The notes below the pieces were generated by a model that was not told the DNA's origin, made no database searches, and was given only the letters and a program-made list of their open reading frames with translations. From Octopus vulgaris (lineage: Eukaryota): a DNA stretch of 64,000 nt. Position 1 is the stretch's first letter; the number at the start of each line of letters is the position of its first letter. The translations under genes and the position numbers were made by a program. Below, in pieces: positions 1 to 12,769 of this stretch. The stretch spans positions 103,230,001 through 103,294,000 of the forward strand of contig OX597817.1 in NCBI GenBank assembly GCA_951406725.2, written 5' to 3'.

Positions 1-74
1 CTTCCTGTTCTAAATAACGTTTCACAGGACTTCATTCATTTAAACTTATGAAAAACCTCTTACAACTTTCGATA

Positions 75-633
75 TCATAATATATAGCTTCCATTTGTTT
101 AATCAAAGTTATTACGCAGAAATTGCTAGCTTCCAAATCTTGTTTTCTGATTGGATAAAAATAATCAAACTTTAAACCGCTGTAACATTGTTCAAAAACT
201 TTTCTGGAACAAGTAAATAACACCAAAAGACTCAACGTTAAAAATTACATCAATATACTGAATTTGAAAATTTTCATTTAATTTCAAAATTTCAAAAGTT
301 TAGCGCCAGACAGAAAAGATCCATTTTGTAAGAATACTAAACGCAAACACACACACACACACACACGCAAACTTTATAGAGTAGTGTATTATTGAGTTGC
401 TTCTTTTGAACTACAGTATCAGGCCATCGAAAGAATTTTTAGATATATCAAAACAAACTTTTCCCTCGTTCTGACGGGAGAATCTTTATAATAATAATGT
501 GCCCATTATAAAAATGGCAGCAAAGAAATCAAAGTTACCACATATCCCGAAGATGAGGTTGAGATAGCCTGGAAACATTTTTGAGAAAGATGGACTTGGA
601 AACTTTATTGTTTGAAATGCCTGATAGGCAATA
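75..633 (+). repeat. Copy 1 of a ~600-bp sequence also found at 13043-13683
   Basis: Colinear similarity, e.g. tcataatatatagcttccattt...gggaatctttataataataatgtgc...gcctgataggcaata in both places. ORFs 32..235 and 13043..13246 are homologous. Confidence 0.85.
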
Positions 634-679
634 CACACCATACACACACACATCCACCCACACACACATACGTGGATGG

Positions 680-1400
680 CTGGATTCTCTTGTCGTGAAC
701 GACAAATGAGTGTTCAGCAAAATAAGGCATTATCATGTTCTATGGACACGAACGCGTCTCTTGAGGCCTTGCAAACCTTTTGGCAAACGGAACAAGTTGA
801 GGACTCAGTTTACTTGAGTGCTTGTGGATTTTTTACTTTGTGTTTTCTTGAGCGGTTGGTTAGGTCTGCTTTGCTTCGTGCCACAAAACCACAATGACTG
901 GCAAGGTTTCCATTTAGAGGAGCCGTGTTTTGTCAGCGTGCCTTCCTGCTTCCACGAAGCCGGTCCGTGTTGGAGTCGATTTTGCCAGGTCCTGAGTTCT
1001 GATGTTTTGTTTTTCTAGTAAAAAACAGGAAATGTTGCATCATTTCAGATTGTCTTTTAGTTTGTCTTTGAAGCGCAAGAGTGGCCTTCCAAATGACCTT
1101 CTGCTGCAGATGCGCAATGACAACAGGCAGAGACTCAAGTTATTTTACCAGGTCATTCCGAATAGCAAACCCAACACCTGCTTCTTTCTTTGCTTCCTGA
1201 AGCTTACCCAGCCAGAAAAATGTGTATCCACCATCAATTTCCTACATCTGACCACAGTCTGCTAATCTGGTTTCTGAAAGAGCTGCTACTCCAATGTTCT
1301 TTTACTTAGAGGCATGGGCAACCAAAGTGGTCATACGTTCTATATTTTTCTTGCTGTCCTGAAGAGTTCTCATATTCCAAGATACAATAAAGAGGTTTTC
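680..1400 (-). mobile_element. RTE/BovB-like LINE remnant (APE endonuclease region)
   Basis: Minus strand translates to EIDGGYTFFWLGKLQEAKKEAGVGFAIRNDLV, typical of RTE-clade APE domains; stops present. Confidence 0.65.
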
Positions 1401-2040
1401 TGCTTTCAATTTGCTTAATTTTCTGATACAGGTTTAGGCGTCCAGTCATTTGCACCTAATGACAAGGAGCGATGCGAGTAAGCAATCTACTTTTCACTAT
1501 CTGTGTGCAATGTTCAAGCTAAGAACTTCTAGTGACATTCTTTACCTGTTCCTGTCACTATCCCTTCATCGTTATAGGATTTTTACTTTTATTTAGTAGT
1601 AGGTGGGCTACACTCTCACCATCAAAACATGATGGTAGTATTTGCTAATAGCATTTTACTGAACTACATGCACATGGTTTTATTTAAAGTGGTCATTGCT
1701 TGTGCAGCACAATGCACACTCTCTCCGTCAAGAAAGCATTTACCTGTACTGGTGCACAGTGTGTCACGTGTCAGATGCTAAATTGATCGCTGATTTGAGA
1801 TCAGAGTGGCCTCCTAGTCTAGTTGCTCAAAAGCTACAGAGCCTAGACTGCCCTATGAATAAGTAGATGCTAATTGCGCATATTAACTAAGAGGACCGTC
1901 AGTATCTACAAACCTAGTTTTATATTAGAGCTTTCTTTCTCCTTGATGGGTTGTCCTTACCATGGCTAAGGAACCCCATCTGCCCATAAATACAAAAAAC
2001 AGTAAAAATATATGAGATTTAAGAAAATAAATAATGTATG

Positions 2041-2094
<54 letters not shown>

Positions 2095-2507
2095 TATATA
2101 CGTATATATATATGTGGAGCGAGAGAGAGAGAATGTGTGTGAGAGAGAAAGTGTGTGTGTAAGAGAGAGATAATAGTGAAGGGTTATCGATCCAGGCAAA
2201 ATACTTCATAAACTCTTTGTCGGCACACCAGGCTAATAATATTGTTTAGATTAGTGAAGAACTCCAAGTATTCTTATGACAGAGTCTTTGGTAATGTTTC
2301 ATCACAATTCTATATTGTAAATCTGTGGTTGGGCCCCAGAGAAACTGGTTTTTACACAGTGTGATATATGAGACAAGTTACATATTCTTCGTTTATTTGA
2401 CCAAATGTGGCTTACAACTGTTTTCAGTAGTCATTATAGGTACGTTACTGATAGATGACTGCACTCACCGTTCCTTGAATGTTCTGCATTTTTATAGCCT
2501 GGAATGG

Positions 2508-2616
2508 CTCTGACGAAAGCAGAATCAATTTTTTTAGGTTGTTCAATTCTTTTTAACTGATCAATAGACTGATTGAGTAAACCTATCAGTAATGACTACT
2601 GGAAACAGCTGTAAGA
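2508..2616 (+). ncRNA. Degenerate minimal hammerhead ribozyme motif
   Basis: CTGACGA at 2510-2516, GAAA at 2602-2605, palindromic ACAGCTGT, GTA triplet. Stem I is only 2 bp and stem II is long and unclear. Confidence 0.4.
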
Positions 2617-2691
2617 TAAATTTGATCCAATAAAGGAAAATACATAATGACCATTATATACAACTTGTCTTATATATATATATATATATAT

Positions 2692-2725
<34 letters not shown>

Positions 2726-2732
2726 CTCGTCT

Positions 2733-2764
<32 letters not shown>

Positions 2765-2794
2765 CATACATACATACATACATACATACATACA

Positions 2795-2865
<71 letters not shown>

Positions 2866-2979
2866 GAGTATAGAAATTCGGGGTGAGTACTTGATAATTA
2901 TAAGCACCTGTGTATACCGTTTGGTGGTGTAGGTGGTGGAGTAAATTGATCAAAATAAAAACATGATGCGAAGGATTCA

Positions 2980-3057
2980 GCGGTACATATGTTTCGGGCC
3001 TTTATTAGACAGATTTATAACAATGCATAATGTATGTCTGTGGCCTTCTTCAGCCGC
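2980..3057 (-). ncRNA. Minimal type I hammerhead ribozyme (mirror copy of 3827-3904)
   Basis: Reverse complement reads GCGG-CUGAAGA-AGGCC...GGCCC-GAAA-CAUAUG-UA-CCGC. Confidence 0.75.
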
Positions 3058-3826
3058 GCACAACAGCTTCCACAAGGACATGTGTTACATCAAAAATTTT
3101 TGGTTGGGGATGCAAATCCTCCCATTCTCGTACGACATAATGCGGCAGCAGCATAGAATTGAAGCGTCCATCTCTTTCTTCTCTCAATGTAGGATGAGGA
3201 AAAATGGATGTTGAAGTAATGTAAATAAATAAATACATGTATATACGTGAAGATGGAGGGGCGAGAATTCAGGACGAGGGATAAAAAATGTATAAAAAGT
3301 GTAAGTATAAAAAAATATAAAAATGTAGAGCATAAAGATATAAAGAGATATAAGGAGATGTAAAGGGGGTATAAAGAATATAAAGAAATATAAATAAATG
3401 TAAAGGCATAAGGTTTTTTTTACTTTTATTTTTATTTCTATTTCTATTTTTACTTTATAACCTTATGCCTTTACATTTATTTATATTTCTTTATATTTCT
3501 TTATATTCTTTATACCCCCTTTACATCTCCTTATATCTCTTTATATCTTTATGCTCTACATTTTTATATTTTTTTATACTTACACTTTTTATACATTTTT
3601 TATCCCTCGTCCTGAATTCTCGCCCCTCCATCTTCACGTATATACATGTATTTATTTATTTACATTACTTCAACATCTATTTTTCCTCATCCTACATTGA
3701 GAGAAGAAAGAGATGGACGCTTCAATTCTATGCTGCTGCCGCATTATGTCGTACGAGAATGGGAGGATTTGCATCCCCAACCAAAAATTTTTGATGTAAC
3801 ACATGTCCTTGTGGAAGCTGTTGTGC

Positions 3827-3904
3827 GCGGCTGAAGAAGGCCACAGACATACATTATGCATTGTTATAAATCTGTCTAATAAAGGCCCGAAACATATGTA
3901 CCGC
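3827..3904 (+). ncRNA. Minimal type I hammerhead ribozyme
   Basis: Stem I GCGG/CCGC; CUGAAGA at 3831-3837; stem II GGCC/GGCC; GAAA at 3889-3892; palindromic stem III ACAUAUGU; GUA cleavage predicted after 3900. Confidence 0.75.
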
Positions 3905-3937
3905 TGAATCCTTCGCATCATGTTTTTATTTTGATCA

Positions 3938-3974
<37 letters not shown>

Positions 3975-3996
3975 TATATATATATACATGTCTATA

Positions 3997-5400
3997 TTTG
4001 GCTTGGAAAATCTGACCTGGGTAAACTTAGAAAAGCTATTTTTGATAAATACATACCGGGTCTTAAAGAAAGGATTAAGTTATAATTCTGGCCTAATACC
4101 TACGAGGTAATAGATTGGTTTAATAGCATTAAGTATGAAAATAGGAATGAATCCATGCAAATAGATATTGATAGCTATTACTCTTCATTTAATCAAATAG
4201 TTTTAAATAAGGCCCTTTTATTCGCGAAAAATAACTTGAATATAATTATGAATGAAACTAATGTTTTTTAGCTGCCAGAAGAACTATTGTAGAGTCTGAA
4301 AACAAGTATTGGACGAAGATAGATAGTAAGGATAGCTTTGAATAGCCATGGGCTCTACAGATTCTACACAAGTTACAGATTTAGTTGGTATTTATATTAT
4401 TGTATTCTTAGGAAGGGATTTCCTGAACTTGCGGGAGGTTTATATAGGGATGATGCCTTCTTTACCATTAAGAACCTATCTAATAGGAAACTGAAACTAT
4501 ATAAGGAGAAATGTTACAGATTTTAAAAGAGTTTTGGACTCTCTGTAACGATAGAATATGAACACAAATCGGCTAACTTCCTAGATATTAATATTAAGCT
4601 CATTATTGGCAACTATGAACCATACCATAAGCCTAATTCCAATCTTAAGTATATAACTGTCAAAAGTAATCATCCCAGCTCTGTAAAGGATTTTTAACTT
4701 TATAATATCTCTAAAATAATTTCTAATCTATCGTCTAATTAGGATATTTTTGACAAAAATGCTACTATAAAGTGGCACTCAGCAAAGCTGGGTATTGACA
4801 AAAGTTGAAATATTATCCTAAAATTAAGAATATCCGTATCTCTAACAACATGGATATTTCTCATGCTAGTAAATATTTTAAACAGATTGCCAGGAATAAT
4901 AATAAGGATTGGGTAAGTAAGCTTAAATGTCCAAATAAGAAAAATGATATACAAAATATGAGAACCAAAGCATTACTTCGTTCCTCTAGTTATTCTCATA
5001 CGATTAGAAATATGAATAATAGGGTAAAAAATAAAACCTTCATATATTTAATAGGGTTCGAAAATTTGAAAAATATGATGCATCTCCTGATAAGAACGAC
5101 ATTATTTGGTTTATAATTCCATTCGCTAGGCAAATTAAAAATAATTTGGTCGGGCCCTTATACAAACTTTTTTCTAAGCAATTTACAAAGGAAAATAAAT
5201 ATTATGATATTATTAACCTTAGGTTTCTTAAAGCTGCCTTTTCTGTATCAAATAACGTGTCCCAGATTATATCTTCAATTAACGGAAAAATAAAGTGATC
5301 TAATTCTTATAATAATTATAACCGTCGTAAATACAACAATAGTAATGCTCTTAGGACAAATGTTAATAAGAAATGTGCACTTGAGTCGTCTAGTGTACAA
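3997..5400 (+). mobile_element. Penelope-like retroelement reverse transcriptase remnant
   Basis: KSDLGK...WPNTYEVIDWFNSI...IDIDSYY...GGLYRDDA...NFLDINI...YEPYHKPNSNLKYITVKSNHPSS. Frameshifts and stops. Adjacent to the hammerhead-bearing inverted repeat. Confidence 0.8.
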
Positions 5401-5499
5401 GAGGAAACAACCCAAATTAAATCCAATCTCATCCTCTTGTTCATGGGGACCGTTAAGTAGGTAATGCCTTCGAAGGTCCATAACTTGGGCGAAGTCACT

Positions 5500-6060
5500 G
5501 GACCCATGAGGATGTCAAAAAAATTGGGCGTATCCTTGTGGGCCCAGGATTTCCCATCAGACAGTATGATATTGCGGTGGACTGCTAATATTATATTAAT
5601 ATCGTCACAAGATAGGTTGGAATGTTTTTTGGCGAAAATTAGGGCATTATTTAGAAGAATAGGGTATATGCTGGAGTAATATTGATCAATGTCGATTTGT
5701 ATAAATTCAAAGTTTCAATGTAGATGTGGTGGAAAGTTGGGGTATTGTTGCTAAAGACGGGTGGAGCTACATATTGTCATCGTGAATGATAATCGTTCCA
5801 GATTCTTATTCGGCTTCTTACTCGTGATTGCTACACAAAGATTTCTGAGTATCTCAATATACCGCTCGCTGTTTAAAGCACAACTATGTTCCAGGAAATC
5901 AAAGAAAATAACACCCTTGACCTCCCCAAAATCTTTACTAATCGCTAAATTGAGCTTCTTAAGCCTTGGACAAGACATGTAACGCCATTCCATGGACTGA
6001 GCCATCATTTGTAGATAATAAAAATACGCCTACGTTTCGTCCTGTTATAATGACGTATAG
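5500..6060 (-). mobile_element. Mariner-like transposase remnant (catalytic region)
   Basis: VIITG/DET-like segment and KGVIFFDFLEHSCALNSERYIEILRNL (ORF 5751..6008). Confidence 0.75.
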
Positions 6061-6859
6061 AGAAAAAAACGAGTGGCAATTTATAACAGTGGGCGGCTAC
6101 CTATAACAATTGAATAATTTAATCTGTTCATAACGTGTTCGATGAGTTAAATGATGACATGCTACTTACGACTAGAAAATATGATAAATATAAATACTTC
6201 TTTAGCAGGAATCTGTGGTGATAAATCAGACACTCATAACTTAATTATAAGTATTTAATCACCATACATAAATTCTAGCTCAGACTATGTAAATGCTGTG
6301 GTGAGTTATACATCAGGACGCTGAACGTGCATGTATGTTGAATATTAACAAGCTCACTCATTTTCACCGTTATAATAACAGTTTCAATAAGTACAGGAAT
6401 AAGTTTTATCAATAGGTTGAAGATATGAAGATAAAGAAATCATATACTAACTTTATTTATATACGTGGATTTAATAATATTTACAATACATTTTTATAAG
6501 AGAAGTCAAAAAGATATTTAAAAAGAAATCTGTCGTAGAGAGTTTACGACATAAAAATTAGATTATCTAATTCTTTCATAAGTAAACTAAAAAAAGTGTA
6601 AAACAACAATTCAAAAGAGCATTGTTGAATTATACAAAAAAACTTGGCATCGTAATAACCAAATCTCATGAAAATAGAATCATATAGACGACATGAACAC
6701 TGATTTATTTCCCAAAAATCAGGGTTTTTATATCTGCTGATATCTGAATTCTAAAAACCGCATTTCGTGAAAAATGTCTCTTTGACGAAAGTTAGAATTC
6801 AAATATGGACAGTAATTTTAACTAATGGAAAAACTAATAATTACACATATTCGGCCAAC

Positions 6860-7440
6860 ATGACCATGTCGTCATATCACTGACGATAGAGGTTTATTAA
6901 GACTTGCTATACGGTTATCAGATCGGAAAAGATCGTCTTCAAACGTTTCTAACAGCTCAGAGCAGACTTCTTACCCTCCTCTCTTTCAAATTGAGTGATA
7001 ACTGCTGATGCACCCACTTTGCAAACACTTTGCGATACCCAGTCTTGCACCATCTTCTGTAATGCAATTTGATAGCAGTGTAGAAAACTCAAGAATTGTG
7101 ACTTTTACTAAACGAATCAATTCGTCCAGTTGCTGGGGGATGGCATCAATGATCGCAGTTGATGTTTTCCCGGTGCGCCGTCAATCTTAAATGTTGTTTT
7201 CCTCTTATTTAAACATTTTCGTCTGTCTGTGTACATTACTTTTGTCAATAGCGTCATCTCTCTGTAAGAAACTAGTAGCTTTGTATGGATGTAGGACTGC
7301 TTGCATACCTCTCTATCAAGAATCCACTAACGGCATGTTATTTCTGTTTGAAATCAATAATTTGCTTGCAATGAAGAACAGGGAGAAGAGTTACTATAGA
7401 CGAAAATTTGCTCTACCAACACGTACTATTGAAACGACCT
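6860..7440 (-). mobile_element. Mariner-like transposase remnant (N-terminal HTH)
   Basis: DDAIDKSNVHRQTKMFK...D.RRTGKTSTA...LDELIR...GYRKVFAKWV resembles the Mos1-type HTH and WVP motif. Confidence 0.6.
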
Positions 7441-7829
7441 ATCACGATTACCTTTCAATTTCGGTATCATCCTCGTGCATACACGCACTCATATACACAT
7501 ATAAACATGTACAAAGACACACACAAAAACACATATGCATATGTATATACATAGAAACAAAACACGCACACACACACAAACACACACATGCATATAAAGT
7601 ATGTACATTCATACAATTATATTCATATATTTACATCGATGTCTATATCTAACTTCCTATCTGTCTGTCTATCTGTATGCCGGTCTTTTCATCTGTCTTT
7701 CTGTCTGTCCCCCCATAGATCTGTCTGCTTGTCTGTCTGTCTGTCTGTCTGTCTGACTGTCTGTCCGCCTGTCTGCCTGCCTGTCTACCTGCTTGTCTTC
7801 CTTTCTGTATCTATAAGTATGTATGTATG

Positions 7830-7861
<32 letters not shown>

Positions 7862-7979
7862 TGTATGTATGTATGTATGTATGTATGTATGTATGTATGT
7901 ATGTATGTATGTACGTACGTACGTACGTATGTATGTATGTATGTATGTATGTATGTATGTATGTATGTATGCGTGCAGA

Positions 7980-8372
7980 TTTCTATGTTCTGTTTTATGT
8001 ATGTCTCCTCATGCCTATACTTGTATTTCTAGACATGCTCATATATACTTAAATCATAAACTTCTTGTAAGTTTTTGAGATATTTACAGTTCCAGTGATG
8101 GACTGGATCTGTAGTCTTCGAATCAGCTTTGAATCAGCTGGTTTTGAGAATCCTTATTTCTCAAAATTGGTATTAAGGCTGTGTGTTACATATCCCAGTG
8201 CCCCAATAATTACAGGTATAAACCAGAACTTGTAATCTGGATAGAGATACTGCAGATTTCTCAATAGTTCAGCGTAGGTATTCTCTTTTTCACTGATCTT
8301 CAGCTTTATGTTAACATCCACAGGGCAGTTGATGTTCACTACTGTACAGTTTCCCTTCTTTGTTCCAAATCA
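7980..8372 (-). mobile_element. 3' end of an RLE-type (R2/R4-like) LINE
   Basis: NINCPVDVNIKLKISEKENTYAELLRNLQYLYPDYKFWFIPVIIGALG. Same family as 35410-36140. Its 3' end runs into (CATA)n. Confidence 0.8.
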
Positions 8373-8375
8373 TTA

Positions 8376-10506
8376 CACTGGTCAATACACGTTTTGCTGA
8401 CTTAGGTTTTGCGGTTGTTTTTAGTTAATTTTGAGATACTGATTTCAAATATGCCATCTATTTTTCCCAAATGCATCAGGTTTTTATTCTATAGCATACC
8501 CTTATGTTACTATGTACTGTATAAATAATTTACCTAGTCAGGATAGTTCACTAAGTCTTATAGCTTCAAACCATACGTTATAATGTCAACAGAATAGGAA
8601 ATGTAAGATAGCATCACCTTTTACTAAATACGTACTGTTAATTTTCTAGTATGACAGATAGAACACAAACCATCATACACATACCTTTATATTCACGGAA
8701 CAAATTTCCGCTTGCGAGAGCATCATGTCTACACAGTCTCTTTGAATATTCTAACAGTAGTCTGCCGTCATACGTGTGTTCCATCAGCCTTGATATCTCT
8801 CTTCCATAATCTCGATTGCTTGGTGAAAACGCTCTCCATGCTCATCGCTCATATCTACGAGACTAACAGGAAATTCATCGATGGCTATCGAGAAAATGAA
8901 GCTTTATGCTCATGTTGCACCCTAAAAGATGAAAACTATAAACTAATGTCTCCACTAAATTCTTGTAGTTTGCGGATTTTTCACTCCCCCCAAATCCTTT
9001 TACAACAGTCACAAATGAATCTCATGCTCTTTTTTCTATGTCAGCCATCAAGCTCGAGAAATTCTGGCTTTCGTTAACTTTCTGATTTCTGGCCCATCAA
9101 AAACACCAGCCGTTATTTTATCATAGCTTAGGTCAGGAAATGTTGTACATATGAATTTGAAAGTTACCATCCACATTAAGAGCTTTGAGAAATTACTTCA
9201 TTAGTCTTACTTTAATATGAAGGGGTGGAAAGATGATTTTCTTTCGCTCAACAAGTGATTGGTATATAATACTCTTCTCCCCAACAGTCAAAATTTTCCT
9301 AACTGGCCAGAGTTTCTGTTCCCAAAGTTTGTCTCTCGCTTGGCTATCCCATAAACACAGGTAACACGGATATATTGTATACCCTCCTTGTTGGCCAAGT
9401 AAAAAGTTGACCATTTTTAGACCCACAGATATGACCCATTTGTGTTCATCATACTTAAGTAAATCTAATACAACTTTTATGTGATCATTATTCTCTTTTA
9501 AGTGTACAGAGTAACTAATAGGAAGCGCATCAAACAAGTTTCTATTATAGAACAATACACATTTTAGACTCTTCTTAGAACTATCTATAAAGAGTTTCCG
9601 TTCACCAGGATCATACCGTTCAACACCCATCACGTTTAACAATCCCGCCACGTCAGAAAAGAGTAAACAAAATCTTTTCCAGTTGTGAAAAATTCCAAGA
9701 GACTTTATTCCTTGTTCCGATAAAAGAGCCATGTTTGTTTCTGCCACAAATTTTTCTCTTTAAACCTAGAAGCTAACAGTTCTGATAGTTCTGCTGACAA
9801 TCCTAGGTCTCTAACTAAATCATTAAGTTCTGCCTGGTTAATGTTTTCTCACTCTTTGGTTGATGTTTCTACAAAGTCTAATCACTGTCATGTTCTTGAT
9901 TTACATCTACTTCACTTATATCACTTTCACCTTGCAGTGAAGGTAGATCATTGAAAACGGATACTTGTATTCCATCGGAATGAAGCACTGGACGAATTGC
10001 TGAATCCGGATCTAGATAACTTATTTTCTGTCACGTTCTCTTGCTAAAGCCAGAAGTCTTTGTGAGACAAAAGTAGCAATCGTTTATATGGTCTTTTCGC
10101 CCCCACTATATCATAGGAATGCCAAATGTTAGTTGTTTTCTTGTCCCCTTTGTCCATTGGCGTAGACTTTCAACATAGGGTTTACATATATTGTGCAGGC
10201 CCACGATTTATCCTGATCAACTTTAATCTTTAAGTAAGTCAAGCAGGATCTTTTCACAATGTCACTTATGTTCATTTTTTTGACTTGGTACTGTAAAACA
10301 CCCACATATATAACAAAAATAGTCAGGGGAATTCAAGCATTTCAAACATGGAGCCTCGGGTGGGGCCAATATGGGCCAGCCAATAGAAAAAAAGCTAGAC
10401 GTGATAGAAAAAAAATTGCCATCTTAAAATTCAGTGAATCCCTTTTATCCCTAAACGGGTCTCAAACTTAGGTCAGGAGAAAAAAGTTAGAATTTGTTGG
10501 CCATTG
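8376..10506 (-). mobile_element. Chapaev3-like (CMC) DNA transposon with decayed transposase
   Basis: Imperfect TIRs CACTGGTCAATAC and CAATGGCCAACAA; TTA TSD at 8373-8375 and 10507-10509; ORF 9193..9747 LFIDSSKKSLKCVL...LLGQQGGYTIYPCYLCLWDS...FPPLHIK. Family assigned from recalled motifs. Confidence 0.75.
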
Positions 10507-10509
10507 TTA

Positions 10510-10765
10510 TGTTAGGTCTTTTGTGTTTATATTTTGTTGAGGTTTTCATTGGGACATTCCACTAGTACTCTCTTTTTTATTATGAGTGGCTATGGCTTCC
10601 ACCATACTGTGGGTTCTCATTTCTTTGTTCTTTCGACAGATTTCGTTATACAGTGTTCAAGCTACGTCATGTCTCATCGGTAGATAATACCGTGATGACA
10701 TTTTCGGACAACTGTTTATGATGTGGGTGATATCTTTGGTGGTAACTCCACAAAGTTTGCATCGG
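10510..10765 (-). mobile_element. Upstream part of the RLE-LINE interrupted by the Chapaev3-like element
   Basis: Rejoining the flanks across the TSD gives HKRPNIMIWNK, matching HNRPDIMI in the 35.7-kb copy. Confidence 0.75.
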
Positions 10766-10766
10766 T

Positions 10767-10797
<31 letters not shown>

Positions 10798-11176
10798 GTG
10801 TGTGTATATGTATGTATGTATGCATGTTGATTAAATACACACATTTGCATTTGAGTAACTTTGAAAATAGGTTAGAATTATGATTTATGTGTTTTATAGG
10901 CCCAAATATCATAAAGGTTATGCTTTGCAATTTTATTATGATAGGTTTAGGCATTAAATAGATTTTAAATTATTTCATGCTATTTTCGTAATTGAATTGT
11001 AACACATGTTCAGTTTTACAATTTCAATGTTATATATTGCTTAACTATCATATTGTAAATAACAATCAATTTAGTACACTTCAAATGTTAAAGAATAATA
11101 AATAGTTTAATATCCAAATACAAGTTAAGATTTTGGTCATTCAAATAAACTGGAACGACATTTACTGATTGTTACG

Positions 11177-11190
11177 TTTGAATGACGTAA
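11177..11190 (+). promoter_or_regulatory. Possible CHR (TTTGAA) plus CRE-like (TGACGTAA) motifs upstream of the cyclin ORF
   Basis: Adjacent motifs about 95-105 nt upstream of the ATG. Short motifs in AT-rich DNA, so weak evidence. Confidence 0.25.
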
Positions 11191-11281
11191 TCAAGTGAGA
11201 GATATTTTTGATTTTCACCACTTCACCTTCACTATACTTTCTAAACAAATGAGTTTCGTGTAATTTCGCAGAAGAACGACC

Positions 11282-12100
11282 ATGAATTTTTCACAGGTTG
11301 TTAGAAATTTAAACAATGTATATGAAATGGAAAGGCGGCAAAAAAGAGTCCGTAATTATTTTCGAGATGGTCAGCATAATTTTCAGCCTGAAGATCGTAA
11401 GGCTGTGGTCAACTGGATGATAGCATGCGCAGATTATTACGAGAGCGTTTTGGATGTCATCCACCTGTCAGTTGCATTATTTGACTTATTCCTGTCTTCT
11501 AGAAGCTCACCACCGATTTCAAGCGAAAAACTGCAATGTGTTGGAGCTACATGTCTTAGAATCGCCTTTGACACAATATATAATCGTGTAACAGATGAGG
11601 GCAATGATGTTATTCATATGACATCTAGAGTTGACCCGGAGTCTTCTTTAGAAGAGCTTCATAGGATGCACATTTCGGTTTCTGAACGTTTTCATGGTAG
11701 GATGTTTTTTATGACTCCCTATGTCTTCGTTTCGTATTACCAGATTATTCTCAAATTAGAACCTCGTCACGATTTGTATAGTATGATGAACTATTTAGTG
11801 GAACTAGCGCTATATGATGACTTTCTCAGCGTAAGAAATTACTTTCCACCAAGCCTTGTAGCGGCAGCTGCTCTTTATACGGGGATAATTGTCTTTAACT
11901 TTCGTGACGAATGGTTTGAGGACTTGACAGTTCTGACAGGGTATAATGAACAAGAGGAACAGTTGCAAGTTGTTCATGAACGCATGAAATTATTATTAGC
12001 ATCAGCTAGTCTTGGAGGAAGGAAACATTCAACACAGGCAAGATACGATTTGCCAGAGAACAACCATGTGAGCGCTATTGATTATTCAAGCATTTATTAA
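11282..12100 (+). CDS. Divergent intronless cyclin A/B-like protein (Cyclin_N and Cyclin_C folds), 272 aa
   Basis: DRKAVVNWM (MRAILVDW-like), IHLSVALFDLFLS, KLQCVGATCLRIA, YLVELAL, FPPSLVAAAALY, LTVLTGY. Uninterrupted ORF, accATG context, AATAAA at ~12244 and ~12252. Confidence 0.9.
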   Translation: MNFSQVVRNLNNVYEMERRQKRVRNYFRDGQHNFQPEDRKAVVNWMIACADYYESVLDVIHLSVALFDLFLSSRSSPPISSEKLQCVGATCLRIAFDTIYNRVTDEGNDVIHMTSRVDPESSLEELHRMHISVSERFHGRMFFMTPYVFVSYYQIILKLEPRHDLYSMMNYLVELALYDDFLSVRNYFPPSLVAAAALYTGIIVFNFRDEWFEDLTVLTGYNEQEEQLQVVHERMKLLLASASLGGRKHSTQARYDLPENNHVSAIDYSSIY

Positions 12101-12769
12101 AAGTTTAAAACCTTTGTGGGCTTTTTCTCTTAGGCTTTCACTTTTCAATTCTTTCAATTTTGTTACAGTTGATTTAAAATTTGGTATAGTGATGTAGTTA
12201 TGCATGCTAATTATGGAAATGAAATTCATTTTTGCCATAAATTAATAAATTAATAAAGTTTGATAGCTTTTTAAAATTTGCCTATTTACAGATATATTGC
12301 TGCCTATTTCCATAGTAACAAGCCAAGCTGTTGTCTGCTTAGAACTATTACAACCCCTATGTACCGATATTCAGAACTTACGTTTTTGATTTTTCGCTTC
12401 AAAAAATGTATTAATTGTTTACATGAACTGAACTATTAGTACAGTATTATTACAATTTATTACAGTATTATTACAATTTATTCGCAAACTTCATTGAGGA
12501 CTTTTTCCTTTTTAAATTGTTTACATTCCTGTTCGAACGTTTGTTTTGCATTCTTTTGTTAGACAGAAAAACTAACGGGCCTTTTCTGTTGATGTGACAG
12601 TGTTTGAAATTTAAAATTTTAAAATTTGGTATGTTGATGTAAGTTTTCACACTGAATCTGATTATCGTATTTACTTGTCCCAGAAAAACTTTAGAAAAAT
12701 GTTCACGAAAAATATTACTAATTGATTAACCCTAGATCATCCACGGGTCAGCGTGACCCTAAACACCAA

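Larger units (their letters stand above)
2942..3942. repeat. Near-perfect inverted repeat, arms ~2942-3415 and ~3459-3942 (Penelope pLTR-like)
   Basis: Arms are reverse complements. ORFs 3050..3238(-) and 3646..3834(+) give identical peptides. Spacer is about 43 nt. Confidence 0.95.

Noticed and set aside
2963-3921. Duplicated 83-aa and 62-aa ORFs on both strands
   Set aside because: By-products of the inverted repeat; no recognisable domain.
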